Below the pieces are notes generated by a model. It worked only from the letters and a program-made list of their open reading frames with translations. It was not told where the DNA came from and ran no database searches. DNA of 64,000 nucleotides from Octopus sinensis (taxonomy: Eukaryota): positions 16,740,001 to 16,804,000 of the forward strand of contig NC_042998.1 of the NCBI RefSeq assembly GCF_006345805.1, read 5' to 3'. Both the position numbers and the translations under genes were made by a program. Of this stretch, positions 23,603-38,222 are shown piece after piece (within the stretch, counting starts at the first letter, position 1; each line of letters starts with the position of its first letter).

Positions 23603-24010
23603 ATACTCTTTACTCTTTTACTTGTTTCAGTAATTTGACTGTGGCCATGCTGCAGCTCCGCCTTTTGTCGAGCAAATCGACCCCACGACTTATTCTTTGC
23701 AAGCCTAGTACTTATTCTATAGGTCTCTTTTCCCGAGCCGCTAAGTCACGGGGACGTAAACACACCAGTATCGGTTGTCAAGCGATGTTGGGTGGGGGAC
23801 AAACATAGACACACAAACACACACACATATATATACATATACATATATACGACGTGCTTCTCTCAGTTTCCGTTTACCAAATCCACTCACAAGGCTTTGG
23901 TCGGCCCGAGGTTATAGAAGAAACTTGCGCTAGGTGCCACGCAGTGGGACTGAACCCGGAACCATGTGGCTCGTAAGCAAGCTACTTACCACACAGCCAC
24001 TCCTACGCCT
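23603..24010 (-). mobile_element. Full-length SINE family B (tRNA head, CORE-like segment, microsatellite, LINE-derived tail)
   Basis: Head aggcgtaggagtggctgtgtggtaag...gggttcagtccc; tail ggcggagctgcagcatggccacagtcaaattactgaaacaagtaaaagagtaaagagta. Confidence 0.93.
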
Positions 24011-25599
24011 ATCGCTAAAGTTTCTTGGTATCATGTATATTTTCGCTTCCACAAGAGTTGTGTGTCGCAAAATGAATCGATTTCGTTTTGTGACAGATTT
24101 ATTTGGGGAAGGTTGCTGGTGATATATTTGTACATTATCGCGTTTTCTATAAATTACTTTTGTGCTCATTCGCACAGCAATGTAAACGAGGCCATCAGTC
24201 TTTCATGGAGAATTGTACGAAATATATTTAAGTATTTGTTTTGCACTTCTATGGAACGGTTGCATTTATCCTTCTGCATTCAGTGTGCAGTATGTGCTTA
24301 ATAGCAGCTTGCAATTATCCAATATACCATTCAGATATAATCACGGGAGTTCTTTTATAAACAATGAACATGTTCTTGAAATTCCTGATTTCTCCTAATT
24401 CTTTCATGCATTTCTGTATACATAACTGAACCCTAAGGACGTCTGCATTTAATCAGAATGCGTCTCTACTCTATTACTCTCATTTATAACAAGCCTCTCC
24501 ACTAAACATCTATTGTTATCTTCACAAAGTAAATATATAGCACTACTTTAACAACGTTACCAAATAACATTTCGCATTCACATGCTCTTGATTTGTTAAT
24601 GTTATTCTCTTTTACAGGAATTTGTCTTCGAGGATTCTGGACTTCCTTTATATTACAATCAATATATTCCCCGATGAGATATGCTCTAAGTTAATAAATT
24701 ACATGTTTTCAGAAAGGGGAGTGATTCTACAGTACTTTACGCAACGTTGTAGCACTCTCTTAAATTTGAAAATCATCCGTCCCTTTTCAATTTATGGCAT
24801 GTGAATCTCCCGTCGATATCATAAGTATCAATGGTAAAGGGTCTGTATTTCATCATTTATTTAGGGAAGAAAACTTATGAATAGTCGATTTTGAAATATA
24901 CTCTAACAGGAACAGAGACAGAAATAAATAGTTTACAATATGCCACTGATATTTAAAACATAAAATAACAAAACCTACTCAGATACCATGTCGAATGTTA
25001 ATCTTTACTAGTGACTATGGTGAACTTGAAGCAAATGTAAACAATAATCAATACAAAACAGACCAGGAGGGATGTTATAATCAAATATAAACTCCTCAAT
25101 AACAGTTGATATAGCAGTAATCCAAAAATTATATATTTATTATACCAGACAATAATCATTGAAGAAATTGAATTTCTCTTGATTAATCGGCTTAGTTTCC
25201 TAAGGGGATTATTAATAATTTATTTTTACGTATTTTGAACTAATTTATATAATCGATCTATTTTGTATTATGTTTCAAATTTAATTCCATATAAATGTAG
25301 AACTAATACTATATTGAGTAAATTTAGCATATGCTAGAGTTTGAAATATTATGATATCGAAATTATTAAAAACAAAATATTTGTTCGCCATTTTCAACAC
25401 ACGCACACGCCGATATTCACACGCTCGCACACACATATTTATATGTATGCATGTATGTGTGTACGGATGGACGGAAAGATGGATGGATAGACGGACGAAT
25501 GGACGGACGGGATGATGGATGGATGACTGGATGGCTGGCTGGATGGATGGATGGATGGATGGCGTAAAACTTTAACGTACATCCTGTAGTGGGGTCAGG

Positions 25600-25760
25600 T
25601 TTGTGAGTTCCTTTCTTTTGAGAGATATCGAACCACCTCTTGCCCACTGTCATTTCCATATCTACGCTGAACCAGACTCGATGCGCCTCTCAGGATTGTC
25701 ATACTATCCTTCTACAACAATCATCGACTTAAGAAGACAACATGGTTCTCCTTCATATCT
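25600..25760 (-). mobile_element. Possible Tx1/L1 C-terminal remnant
   Basis: HVVFLSR..KDSMTILRG....SGQEVVRYL/LKRK weakly parallels the 14150-14230 region. Confidence 0.3.
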
Positions 25761-25866
25761 CTGGTAAATAAATAAATGAAGCAAAGATTGCACTTTCGTG
25801 TTGGGATACGTGTTTGTGAGTGTGGTAGAGTGTATGCGTGTGTGTGTAAGGATGTATAGTGTGTAC

Positions 25867-25904
<38 letters not shown>

Positions 25905-25966
25905 ATATATGTATGCACATATATCTATAGAGAGAGAGAGACATTACACACACATATGTATATGTA

Positions 25967-26045
<79 letters not shown>

Positions 26046-26261
26046 ATATATATATTATATATTATTATATATATATATATAATAATAATAATAATAAGAG
26101 TAAATAATTTCTATAAAGGCTTTTAAAAAAAACCCAATTATTTACTGGTAGAATTCGGTATGTAAATATAGCCGATTACCGGCAGGAACTTCTGTAAAGT
26201 TCAGTATATATATTGTATATAAGAAAAAGGGGCAGGCAAACAGGTTGCTTGACCGCATACC

Positions 26262-26781
26262 GAAAAAATAGAAATAGCAGTCAAGAATGCTTATTTCTAT
26301 CAAAGTTGGACTCCGGGCACGACAAACCACGTAATTCACATATGCAAAACAGGAGGAATAGATAACGAATACGAAGTCTGGCGGTTATCTGTGAACATCA
26401 TGTTTCTGGATTATAAACATATTGAATATATATTTCATATATATTTTTGATATATATTTCATATACATTGCATATATATTTCACATCCTTCTTCAGCACA
26501 GCTTTCCATTGAAAAAGATTTATCATAGATTTATCAAATGCTACGTACCTCAAACCTTCTGACCATGCGACATCAAAATATTTGAAGAAAGTGAGCAAAG
26601 GCTAAACCTACATAGACGTTTGAATTCAATATGTTTATAATCCAGAAACATGATGTTCACAGATAACCACCAGACTTCGTTATCTATTCCTCCTGTTTTG
26701 CATATGTGAATTACAGGGTTGTCGTGCCCGGAGTCCAACTTTGATAGAAATAAGCATTCTTGACTGCTATTTCTATTTTCG
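26262..26781. repeat. Spaced inverted repeat (arms ~26262-26427 and 26624-26781, ~195-bp spacer)
   Basis: gaaatagcagtcaagaatgc...tttctggattataaacatattgaat recurs as its reverse complement with only a few substitutions and a 6-nt indel. Confidence 0.93.
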
Positions 26782-26860
<79 letters not shown>

Positions 26861-28269
26861 TAACATACATACTTATATGTGTATGGACTCTCGTTTTCAT
26901 TTGTTCTAGAGATGCAGAGCCTGAAACTTTGAAGGGAGAGGCTACTTAACTACACCATCCAGGGGGCTTCACTGGTAATCATTGCTTCATTATCTAATGA
27001 ATGAAGTCTTAGTGGAACTCGGGTTCAGCGGGGAAATAAGAACTCAGAACATAAGGGTGAATGAATTGCCTCTTTGTACGATGTGCTTGCATTGAGCCTG
27101 CGTAAATTCTTGTGCTTGGGATTAAGTTGACGTCCATTCTTAGAGTTCTATAATTAAGACTACAGATATACAAAATGAAATTGAAATCACAGCCAAATTA
27201 CAGTTATGTAATTTTACGATCTATTACGAGTTCACCGATGCATAATTTGTAAATGTAGCATTAGTGATTTTATCACAGTTATACCATATTTTCTCAGTTT
27301 TTGGATGGACATTTTTTGAGAACACTCATTAAAATGATGAGTTGGTTAAGGTTTAATTGGAAAATCATGTGCAAAACTAAATTTCCAAATTTAACATGGC
27401 AGGCTATAATTTAAAGGTTTATGAATATAATTCTTAATTAAAAAGAAAAACAAACCCGTGTAACAAGGTAACTTGAACTCTTCCCGTTCTCCTACTATCC
27501 CTTCCCCCTCTTTCTCTCTCCCCATATTTCTCTGTATATACGCAGAAATATGAGAACTTCTGTTGGGTATGGACATATGCGATGGTATGACGAAATTCTT
27601 TATGATTAGACGAGACAAGAAAAGTGATAGGATTCAAGATATCTCCATGGCTAAATGATGGTTTATGTGATAAGTAAATTTAAAAAGAGTTTGTAGGTCC
27701 TGCGGTGACTATTATCACATTAATTACATTTTATTGTATACCTTTGAATGCAGGTGTATCCGTCTTCGATATATCACGGAAGTTCATAAACATATATATT
27801 GATGTATATACATCCATTTCCATTCCAAATGCAGTAAAGTTTCCTTCCGTTCAGGTTTTTGTGGAAATGGGCATGCATTTTTTTGATGAAACAGGAAACT
27901 ATTCCGTCATTAAACAATGGCAATGGATTTCTATAAATACCCATGTATATGCACATACACATATGCGTGTGCTTACACATTCTATAATCACAAACACCCG
28001 CACACACACACACATACGCACGTACACTCACACATGCAAACTCATACACACACAAATACACACACACATACATATATATATATGTGGACGGCAATGCAGC
28101 TAGAATTTATAATTAATCAGATTCCACTAAAAATTCCATCAAAAAAGAAACATGACGACACACCAATAGTTCCTCCCTCACTCTCTTTCTCTCTCTCTCT
28201 CACTTTCTTTCTCTCACTCTGTCACATACGCTCACATACCTACATGCGTACATGCACACATACGTACAC

Positions 28270-28364
<95 letters not shown>

Positions 28365-28519
28365 CAGATATGCATGTGTTTCGAGTGTTTATTCAAATGA
28401 TATGCCTATACATATATGTATCTATATATATATGTGTGTGTGGGCGTATATGTAATTTCTTGTGCATACTTAAACGCATTTGTATAAACACACATATATA
28501 TAATTGTGTGTACATAGAC

Positions 28520-29080
28520 ATGTATAGGTATGTCCCAAAGGGTAATTGTTGAATTTGAATATATTGACGTCATTCAAATTATTCACTTTTTCCTTCATGA
28601 TTGCGAATTGTAAGGTCGATTGTAGGCGCCACATTCTGATATCATACACATGCATGTTTTGATGTTTCATTGTTGTTAGGAATCCTACTTTACAAATATG
28701 CTATAGCGGGATAATATAGATATCGTTTGCAAAGCTGTTCTTAGAAATTATATCAAGATATTTAACCAATCTATTCTATACATTCTTTCAAGTCTCGCTA
28801 CGGCTGTCATGTTAGCGCGATTGGCTTTGATATATTAATATGAAAACACGCTTTCAGCACAATAGTATAGGAACTGAATGTTCTTGATATAGCGCCATGG
28901 ATAACGTTGATCCTTCTTTAATAAATTCTCTGGAAGTGGTCTAGAAGTCTGGCTAAGAAGCAATTTTCCTATAGATCTGATTCTAATTCGCTCTGGAAAG
29001 TAGCGCATTTGAGTAAGTGACATCTACCAACAGGTTATGACTTGGATTTTGCAAATGAGAACTGAACTGACAAAAATTGT
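28520..29080 (-). mobile_element. Highly decayed L1/Tx1-type reverse transcriptase remnant
   Basis: VTYSNA...IKEGSTLSMALY..SVPILL...SFANDIYII...CGAYN resemble the RT motifs QGCPLS, YADD and SGA.IN in the correct order. Confidence 0.45.
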
Positions 29081-29172
29081 ACGCAAACAAATTAACACTC
29101 ATATAGAAACTCTCACGCTGACAAACACACATATATGCATTATACGTGTGTATTATATATATATGCATCAAT

Positions 29173-29330
29173 GCAGCGAGCTATCAAGATCGTTTGAACG
29201 CCGCGTAAAATGCTTAGTGGCGTTTCATCCGCCTCTATGTAGCATATTCGTATTCCGCTGAGGTCCACTTTGATTTTGGTGCCGATAAAATAAGTACCAC
29301 TTGAGCAGTGGTGTCAATGTAATAACATTT
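29173..29330 (+). mobile_element. Diverged SINE family A
   Basis: gcagcgagct...aaatgcttagtggcgtttc...ttccgctgaggtccacttt...gataaaataagtacc. Confidence 0.75.
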
Positions 29331-31402
29331 CTTCTCCCACGAAATTCTTGCTATCAATTTGTTTAATGTTTCTCCTCTGCATACTCTATCCCAAATACTT
29401 AGGAAATCATATTTTCCTCATGTTCTGTTTTTCCCCTACCTTTTCTTCTTCTTCGTGGTTTTCCGTCTATATTTAGTTTTGTTTTTTTCTGATTTCTTAA
29501 TGTCGAAATTGTAAAGAAGCAATCTACGCTTTGCGTTCTTTCTAATTATATAAAACCACGACTGGATTCGTTCATTACTTCTCCCAACTAATGTATATGC
29601 TCGAATTATTTTTGTCGTTTTAGTTGCTTTGTAATTTTCATCTATCGACATTTGACATGAGTTTTTTTACGTTTGATGCTCAGCATTTGCGCTCGTGTGT
29701 CGTAAGATCGTGTATCATTAATACTAGAGACAACGATAGATTTATCAATACAGTTAGTGTGTAGAACTTACAGTGAATATCATTCGACTGCGGGCGAAGA
29801 AATTTTACACTTGTTTTACCGTTTGATTTTAGTTTTGTTAGCTTGTATCACTGAATTTTGCATTTTCCCTATAGTTCCGTTTTTAGATACTATTCAGTCA
29901 CACTCTCTGAACGCACGGGCAAACTACTAACCAAATGCGCACACATAGATGCGCTCGAACACTCACGCACACATACACACACGTTGTAATCAAAGGCATA
30001 TCTAACAGATAATATAAGAGATAAGAAGATATTTTGTCTTCTTCATTCGGGTTATTTTCTCTTTATGTAACCCGAGGGGATAAGTATTGTGAGTGGAAAT
30101 TTAATCCTATTTTATCAACTTCAAAGGAGACTTTAGTAATTTGCTTCTTCAATATTTAAAAAAAAAAAAATTATTTTGGATTATCTTATGAGACAAAGAA
30201 ATGCTGGTAGATTTTAAGATATTTTACTCGTATATTATTTCTTGTAACTGTTATAAGCCCAAGATTAGTGTCAGCAAAATTGGTGCTGATAAAATAATCG
30301 TTTTCAAATAGCAACTGTTGCTCACGATATTGCGATTTGTGTGAAAGCTGCTAGTAGATTTGTTGCTTGTGTTATTCTGGCTTTCTTCTGAATTGGTAAT
30401 TTGCGCATTTGAATATGACATCAATCATGATATAGTTGACTCTACCCAGCAAAACCTGCAGCGTATGACATGCATGTTCTATGGTATAATGAAATGATTA
30501 TCTGTACAGCGGAGAGGATTATATCACGTTCTATTTACTCTTCTGTAACACATCTGTCTGAAGATTAACAGTATTCTGAATAATTTCTTTCTCACTACCA
30601 TCGAAAGACTGATTGCATATTTTGAAGCAATAGACGGTTGATGATAATGACTGAGTCCTGCCTCTATATTGCATATTGAATGATGCTCTCATGTAAAAAA
30701 AAAAAATGCTATAATACTGCTCGTAAAAATCATATTGATTATCTCTAGATAAAAGGCAGTTATGTCAAAAATATAATAATGTCGAATATTCAGATTTGGT
30801 TAGTAAATTCTAATGGAATTGATTGCATAAGTCTGAATAATTATGGAATTTAATCTCTTTCGGCATGTCGGATATCAACAAGCTTATAAGTGTATATTTA
30901 AAATCACTTCGATTATTTCGTTTACTAGAAATCGACAAAAATATATCCGATTTTTAATTATAAATATTGAAGTTTTCTTCCTCATTGTAAATATTACATC
31001 ATTCCGTAAATAGAAGGATTATGTTAATAATCAATACGCATGGTATTTAATAGTTAAGAAAACGTGTTTTTTTTTTCTCTTCCTGTGTATATATCTTAAA
31101 CGAATTAGAAAAATGACATCGGAAGGGGAATTAAATAACTATTTTTGTGGTATTCAGTGCAAAAACATTTCGTTTAAACAACAAAAATTCTCAGAAATTC
31201 AAGAGTAACACTGAGGGAGACACATACCACATAGGCTCATCATGCAATTTTGGATGCTCGCATACATAATGAGGACAACTGCACCAGACTGCATAATTTG
31301 TGCGCACATGGGAGATTCATATTATATAAATGTGTGTGTGTGTGTGTGTATGTGTGAGTGTGTGGGTTAGTACGTATAGCTATTTAGCTAACTTGCTAGA
31401 TT

Positions 31403-31462
<60 letters not shown>

Positions 31463-33107
31463 TGTGGAGAGAGGGATAGATAGATGCATAACCTATATGT
31501 ATGTATGTATTATGTATGTATACACGCACGCGCACAAGCATACACACACACACATATATTTGATATCCCTCAAAAATACATGTATAGATGTGGTGAGAGT
31601 GTTTTTCATTCGGGCGGATTCTTCTTATTCCGATATTCTAAAATACTCTACATACTCTTTCCTGTAAAATTAAAAATAGGCGATATTTTTGTAGATAAAA
31701 TCCCAATGAGTAGTACGTGGGAACTTAGTACCGTGGAAACGTAGTACCGTGAATAGCTGGAATTGAGCAGCTCGCTAACATCCTGAAATAAAAGCAAAAG
31801 TAACCAACTGACATTTTAAGTGAAATATAGCCACACCACTCACCTAACCGGAATGAGTTATGTAATTTCAGGTTTGTACCATATAATAATAACTATTTAG
31901 TGTATTAGCAGACTGTGAGATTGGAAGATATTTATCTTCAAATTATACAACCGGTATCGTTCTTTTCAATCATATGGTATTATATGAAGTGTATAATTTT
32001 ATGGAACGTTGTGAAATAGTAAAAATATTATTTCCTTTTAATTTTATAAAGAATGCAGCAACACAAATATATTCTGTGAGGAGCATAGGTAATAAAATGG
32101 CACGAGTTTTCTTTGGAACATTGTATTCTAAGTTTTATGTTCTAAAGAATATCTGCACGTGAGTTTATAATCAGTTTACGCGAAAACCCACGCTGCGGAA
32201 AACAAATCAATTTGTACGTAAGCTCGCTGCTTTAGCTCTGCACGAATCAAACTATATATATTCGACCATTGTCGCGTCACTCATGCCTTTGAGCTAAATT
32301 TCTACGTTATTTCATTGCACCCAGTTTTGTTTTTAATCATTGTTCTTTCAAAAAAAAAACAGTATAAAGAAAATTAGCCTCGAAAGCTATACAACAAAAA
32401 ATGTGTTGTCGCAAATAACAAACGTTAGGTACTATATGCAATGTTATCTATATAATCTTAGCATTCTTTATAAAAATCGATCGAATAGTTATAATTAATC
32501 ATTGTTGCCCTGTTTCCTGTTACCTGATTGATTTCCATACTTTTATTTTTAACCTTATTCTTATTATTATTTTCTTCTTTATTTTTTTTTTGCTTGGAAA
32601 ATCTGAAAAGCCAGTGAAGAGATAAACAATAGAGGAAAATGTTCAAATATTCAAAACATAAAAGAGCTTTTATTTTTTTAATTACAGACATTCTGGTAGT
32701 TCATCAACATAACAACACTAATATTAATTAAAACATTACATGGTGAAGACAATTCAATATTCTGTATTGGCTTACTGAATTTATAATGCAAAGTGATGGG
32801 TGGAGGAGAATTGAAAGAAAACTAAAAACTACTCATTGAATATCCTTTGATGGCATGTAATATAACTTTATCTTAGATGGTATGTTGATTTTTTATCTCT
32901 CTTTCGTTTGAGAATGCTGTATAGCATAATTAGTTGCAATTTATAGAAACGCAGATTACGAACGAAAGTAAAATACAATAAAACGAAGAAAGGCACATCA
33001 ATATCCTCTATTATGTCGTTCTACGAAAATAATTGAAATTTTAATTATTGACAAAAGAAGCTGATCGATGCAATACATGCTGAGTAGGACTATCTAAGAT
33101 TACTATT

Positions 33108-33193
<86 letters not shown>

Positions 33194-33292
33194 GTCTCTC
33201 TCTCTCTCTCTATCTATCTTTCTGTCTATCTATCTTTATATCTCTCTATATGTCTATTTATCAATCTATGTGTCTGTCTCACTCTCTCTCTC

Positions 33293-33364
<72 letters not shown>

Positions 33365-33547
33365 TATAAATCAAGAAAAAATTATTAAGTAGTGCAATAC
33401 AACAGTATTGCTCCCCAGTAAAACAAAGCACCATCAAGTTAAAGTACAAATTTTTTGCAGTATATATATAGTGAAGCTTTACTATAGCGTCGTATAATAT
33501 CGTCTGCCATTTCCAGTAAAATATTGCTGCATTGTTGTACCGCTATC

Positions 33548-33609
<62 letters not shown>

Positions 33610-34163
33610 GTATCTCTTTCTCTATCTAGCTATCTAGCTAATTAATTAACTATAGATAGGCATATGAGCACATTCATACTGTTACACATTATACACAAAC
33701 ACACTAATATATAAACGCACTCACACACAAAACACGTGTAGACCTGCGAAAATACACAATACTAAAACACGTATACAATGGGCATGAAAGAAAGGAAACA
33801 TTCAATTACCTATATGAACCTTCAACATCCGATAAACATGAATATGAATCAGCAGGACACACTATTCGCCATCTACTATATTGTTTGTGTATACGTCTGT
33901 TCAATTCTATCGTTCTTCGAAGTTTCCTTTCTTTTCCATCTTCCTCAGAGAATAGTCTTTGCCATGCCGCTTGATCTCGGCACGCGATCATAAGATATCA
34001 CTGTTGTTTTCTCAGTCGTTATTAGACTGTCCTCGTATAATACATTCTATGCGAGTTGAACATCCTTTCTGTACTGTCCCCGGTAATCTATATGTAATAC
34101 GTTGCATTAGCGTGTTATCAGCAGTGACTGTGTCTTTGTATATTTGCAATGAATGTGTGTGTA

Positions 34164-34201
<38 letters not shown>

Positions 34202-35178
34202 TGTATGTGTGTGTGTGTTGTGTGTGTGTGCGCGTGTGTGCGCGTGTAATTTTGTAATTTTTAATAATTTGTGACTGAATTATTTTGCTTAGTTCTTGAA
34301 TCAGTAAAGCCATGGAACTGGTTACAATCCGGAAATGGTTTTACTAACGTATTGAAATATTATATTCCTTTGTTTAAAGAGCTCCATCTTATTCAGATCT
34401 TAATTCTTAATCATATAAAAAACGTAGTAATAATTTTTAATGCCAATAGCTATGGAGCTGAGAGGAAGTTCTTGAAATACTACTTAACAGGCACTGCATC
34501 ATATGGTAAATTTAGTAATTAAGTAGCCGATTACCATCATTCATTCGAATATTAACTTGGTTAAAATTATGTAGAAATAAATACTCCAATGTGTTATTTT
34601 ATTAGATGATATTTTAGAGCAAGATTTTAAGATGATGAATAATTCGATGGATCGATCGATTCATTCATGGTCCGATGCATGCATGGGTTGATGGATCGAT
34701 CGATGGATCGATCGATTGAGAGATAGAGCGATTAATAGAAAGATAGATAGATACATTATACATGGGTCTGTACTATTGTGAGACATTGGCAACTTCGTGT
34801 TTTTAAGTTTAAGCTTTATACAACATTGGAACGTATGCCCAAGACGAATGTTAGTAATATATTACAAACCGATTGACACTTTGTGTAGTACGTTCGTGCT
34901 ATTTCTTCGGTATTACCAGTAAAAGTGCAATATGATATTTACACCTTTCCCTTATAATCACTTGACAGGCTTATTATGGATATGGAGAGAAAGGATGATG
35001 CAGTGATGCAGTGATACAATAGTACTAAGATGGGTAGCAAAATAATCTACACTCACACATGGACACTTATTATAAATATACATGTATACATAAACACACA
35101 CACACATACATACATACACACATACATACATACATACATACATACATACATACATACATACATAAATACATACATACA

Positions 35179-35211
<33 letters not shown>

Positions 35212-35214
35212 GAA

Positions 35215-36552
35215 ATCTCACAGCTTTTTTGCAGGTATGCTGGATGGTGCAAGCTGTCCAAAGCCAGCAATCTAAGATGACAAATTTTTACTGGTCACGC
35301 TTCAAGAACACTGCGAATAATAATTGGAATTCCAAGCAACGCTGAATAGTTTGTTTTATTTTTCTCAATTAAGACTATGTCCGGCTTCCTATTCTCTATC
35401 TCCTGGTTGCACTAAATCCCGACATCCCATGGGATCTTTGCATTTCCATTTTCGCCAAAGCCTTCAGGTTTGTGGTCTGTCATGTCTATACTTGTAGCAG
35501 AGTGTCCAATGGACTAGCCTGGCTATATTGTTGTGGCGTCTCTTATATTCCATCTGGGCTAGTTGCGTACATTGGTTGGTAATATGCCATACGGTTTCAC
35601 CGTTTTATCCTCAGATTCTGCACTTATCACTTTCTGCTGTATTGTCTAACCTCCATTTTATATAGTTTGTTCTTAGTGCTTGCTGTTGGGCAGCACAGAT
35701 TAGAGCCTCCGTTTCCGATTTTATATCACTTTTAGTCATCCACATCCATCTTTTTCTCTGTTTCTCTTACCTTCAATAACCCTATGAAATTGATCATACA
35801 TTATTTTCTTTACCCACCTATTATCAGTTTCATACGTTTTCAATATCTTGTATAGTGTCTTATCTTTGCAATCTTTCATCCTACAGATCCCTGACCTTCC
35901 TACTACTAATAATAGCGGTTCTGTGGCATTTTTACATACCATGCTATGTTGTTTTCTTCTGCATTAATGCTGTGTTCGTATCCAATAAGTACACGTCACC
36001 CCTTTTTTCTCGGTACATACAGTCTGTGTGTCACTTTTAGGGTAGTGCGACTCATATCTAGTAAGCAACTTCCTTGTTTTTTTCTGTCTAAGCTGTTTAG
36101 TTCGTCTACTGTCCATGCGATTATCTGCTTCATATCTAAGGAGTGAAACCACCCAGGTGTTGATAACTTCGATCTTATTCCGTCCATTTAATTTCGACTT
36201 AAGGATAAGTCTCAGTCTACGCAAGTACTCCACCTTAATTTTTTCTGTCATTTATTTCTCCATCAATTTTGAACGCATACCCAGTTTCTGCCTTCCTCGG
36301 AATCAGTGTTAGTGGTATCAAGCACAGTACAAAAGCAGTGGAGACAGGCAGTCAACTTGGAAGATGCCCCTCCTAATATCTGCTGTCCCTAAACTTCCGT
36401 ATGCTGTCTGTTCCGTTCCCCAATTCGCCATACTTTCTTCAAGCAATCGCTCAACATTCGATGCAATACCAAATAGGTTCATACACTTCATAATCCAAGA
36501 ATGTGGGATCATATGGTACGCCTTACGAAAGATGGCAAGATACAGCCAAATA
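35215..36552 (-). mobile_element. R4/Dong-type LINE, 3' segment (RT C-half, zinc knuckle, RLE)
   Basis: RKAYHMIPHSWI..CMNLFGIASNV, GIFQVDCLSPLL, EYLRRLRLILKSKLNGRNKIEVINTW, EYKRRHNNIARLVHW, ENGNAKIPWD..RKPDIV; contains internal deletions. Confidence 0.9.
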
Positions 36553-37190
36553 ATGAAGGGTTAGCACCAGAATAGGTTATTCAGAGTAGATCCGAAGAGA
36601 TTCTATATAGAAATGAATGGAGGAAATGATACCGATAAAATTGAAAGCCAAATGTTTTGAAGTGACATCTGGAGCAAAAACAAGGAGCACAAGAAGGATG
36701 CTGAATCGTTGCAAGAAGTGAAACAAACAGTAGTATGTTCAAACCAGGCAGAACTAAGTATTTCAGTTAGGGAAGTGAAGGAAATCAGCAAAAGAAGAGC
36801 AAATGGAAGGCCCCCGGGAACAGATGCAGTTCAAGGCTACTGGATCAAAAGATTTGGTGAATGCCATGCACGAATAGCTGTGCCGCTCAACATCTTGTTA
36901 AATGCCGAGCACCTATCACCAGAGTGGCTGGCATTGAGTAGGACAGTGCTGTGACTGAAAGACATCGAAAAAAGCAATACTGTAGACAATTACAGGCCGA
37001 TATCTTGTTTGCCACTTATGTGAATGTTATTGATTGAAATACTCGCAGAGCCAATGTACGAACATCTGGAAAAAAACGGAATCCTCCACATGAGCAGAAA
37101 GGTTGCAAAGGTAAATGCAAAGGTATCAAGGACCAACTCCTGATAGACAAAACTGTAATTAGAGACTGCAAGAGGAGTAAAAGTAACTTT
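36553..37190 (+). mobile_element. R4/Dong-type LINE, inverted 5' segment (RT N-half)
   Basis: QNRLFRVDPKRFY..ESQMF..IWS..PPGTDAVQGYWIKRF..PEWL..RTVL..NYRPISCLP..KDQLLIDKTVIRDCKRSK. Confidence 0.9.
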
Positions 37191-37369
37191 GTTATCATTA
37201 TGTTTATTGTTGTTGTTGTTATTTTCCATTTAAACGGGTTTGAATTTATCAATAAGACAAGGAAGCTGTTTACAACATTCCTAAATATAACCAAAAGCTT
37301 TCTTCTGTCGCTGCCGCCATCATAATACAGTTCGTAAGATTCAGCCAGCTGGAGCCCATCGGCGGGTAT

Positions 37370-37470
37370 TTAAAGAGGAAATTTAATCATTCCACTAGAG
37401 TTGCTAATCGTGGAACAAGACTGTCACCACAATTACTACAACTATGCAACGCCTGAAAGTACTAGTTTTA
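37370..37470 (+). mobile_element. Possible CR1-group 3' remnant
   Basis: agagttgctaatc-gtggaacaagactg resembles the CR1 RVxNxWNxLP motif with a frameshift. Confidence 0.3.
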
Positions 37471-38007
37471 TTACACCAAATGTATAATATTCTATTATCA
37501 AAATATTGTAAAATTGTAAAATTTGTAAATACTAAAAGGTGAAAATCTGACTCAGTGGCAATTTCATTGATTTATATATATAGTCATCCATTTCCCAAAT
37601 GTATAGACACATACACCAGTACACACGCGCGTATGCACACAGTTACATAACTGTAAATTATGCACACGTTGCAGCAGCATTGTCAGATGCAGGAATTGCA
37701 TACCCCATATGCATCTAAACACACACACTCACCCGCTTTGAATCTTTCATGTGCTTTTGTACGTTTGTTAGCTCCCACAGATACAGTCGTATGTTATCCA
37801 GACGCATTACGTACATGAGCAGAATACTGCTTTTATTCAGACGAACTTTGTCTATTGACATATGACATCAACAGAAATCTTTGACATACAGAAATAGGTA
37901 TAATATATTTATACAATAAATAATTTGCATATAACCAATGAAAATCTGCCTCGAAATTAATTCAGGTTGACACGCATTTGAACTGAAGTTTATCAATACG
38001 AGTATAT

Positions 38008-38222
38008 TGGTTTCAAATTTAGGCACCAGGTCAGCAATTTCGCGGGAATGGATAAATCGATTATATCGACCCCTGTGCTCAATTGGCAGTTACTTTATCG
38101 AAAGCCAAAGGATAAAAATTAAATCGACATCAGCTGAATTTGAACATAAGATATAGTAATAGACGAAATGTAGCAAAGTATTTCGGCCTTCGTGTTGACG
38201 ACTCTACCCCCTCGCCATCTTA
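38008..38222 (-). mobile_element. Diverged SINE family A
   Basis: Reverse complement retains atggcgag..., gttcaaattcagctgatgtcgattt and gatataatcgattta. Confidence 0.7.

Noticed and set aside
23930-24010. tRNA genes at SINE heads (also 3290, 9002, 19280-19433, 47935)
   Set aside because: A/B boxes run into SINE bodies with no complete cloverleaf or terminator.
24619-24804. Strong acceptor followed by a 60-codon frame
   Set aside because: No convincing donor, partner exon or homology.
29436-29651. 71-aa basic ORF
   Set aside because: Low-complexity A-rich sequence, no domain motif.
33806-33991. 61-aa charged ORF ending near a minus-strand donor
   Set aside because: In-frame stop just upstream with no acceptor; may be an RTE C-terminal relic (ACRDQAAW) but too weak to call.
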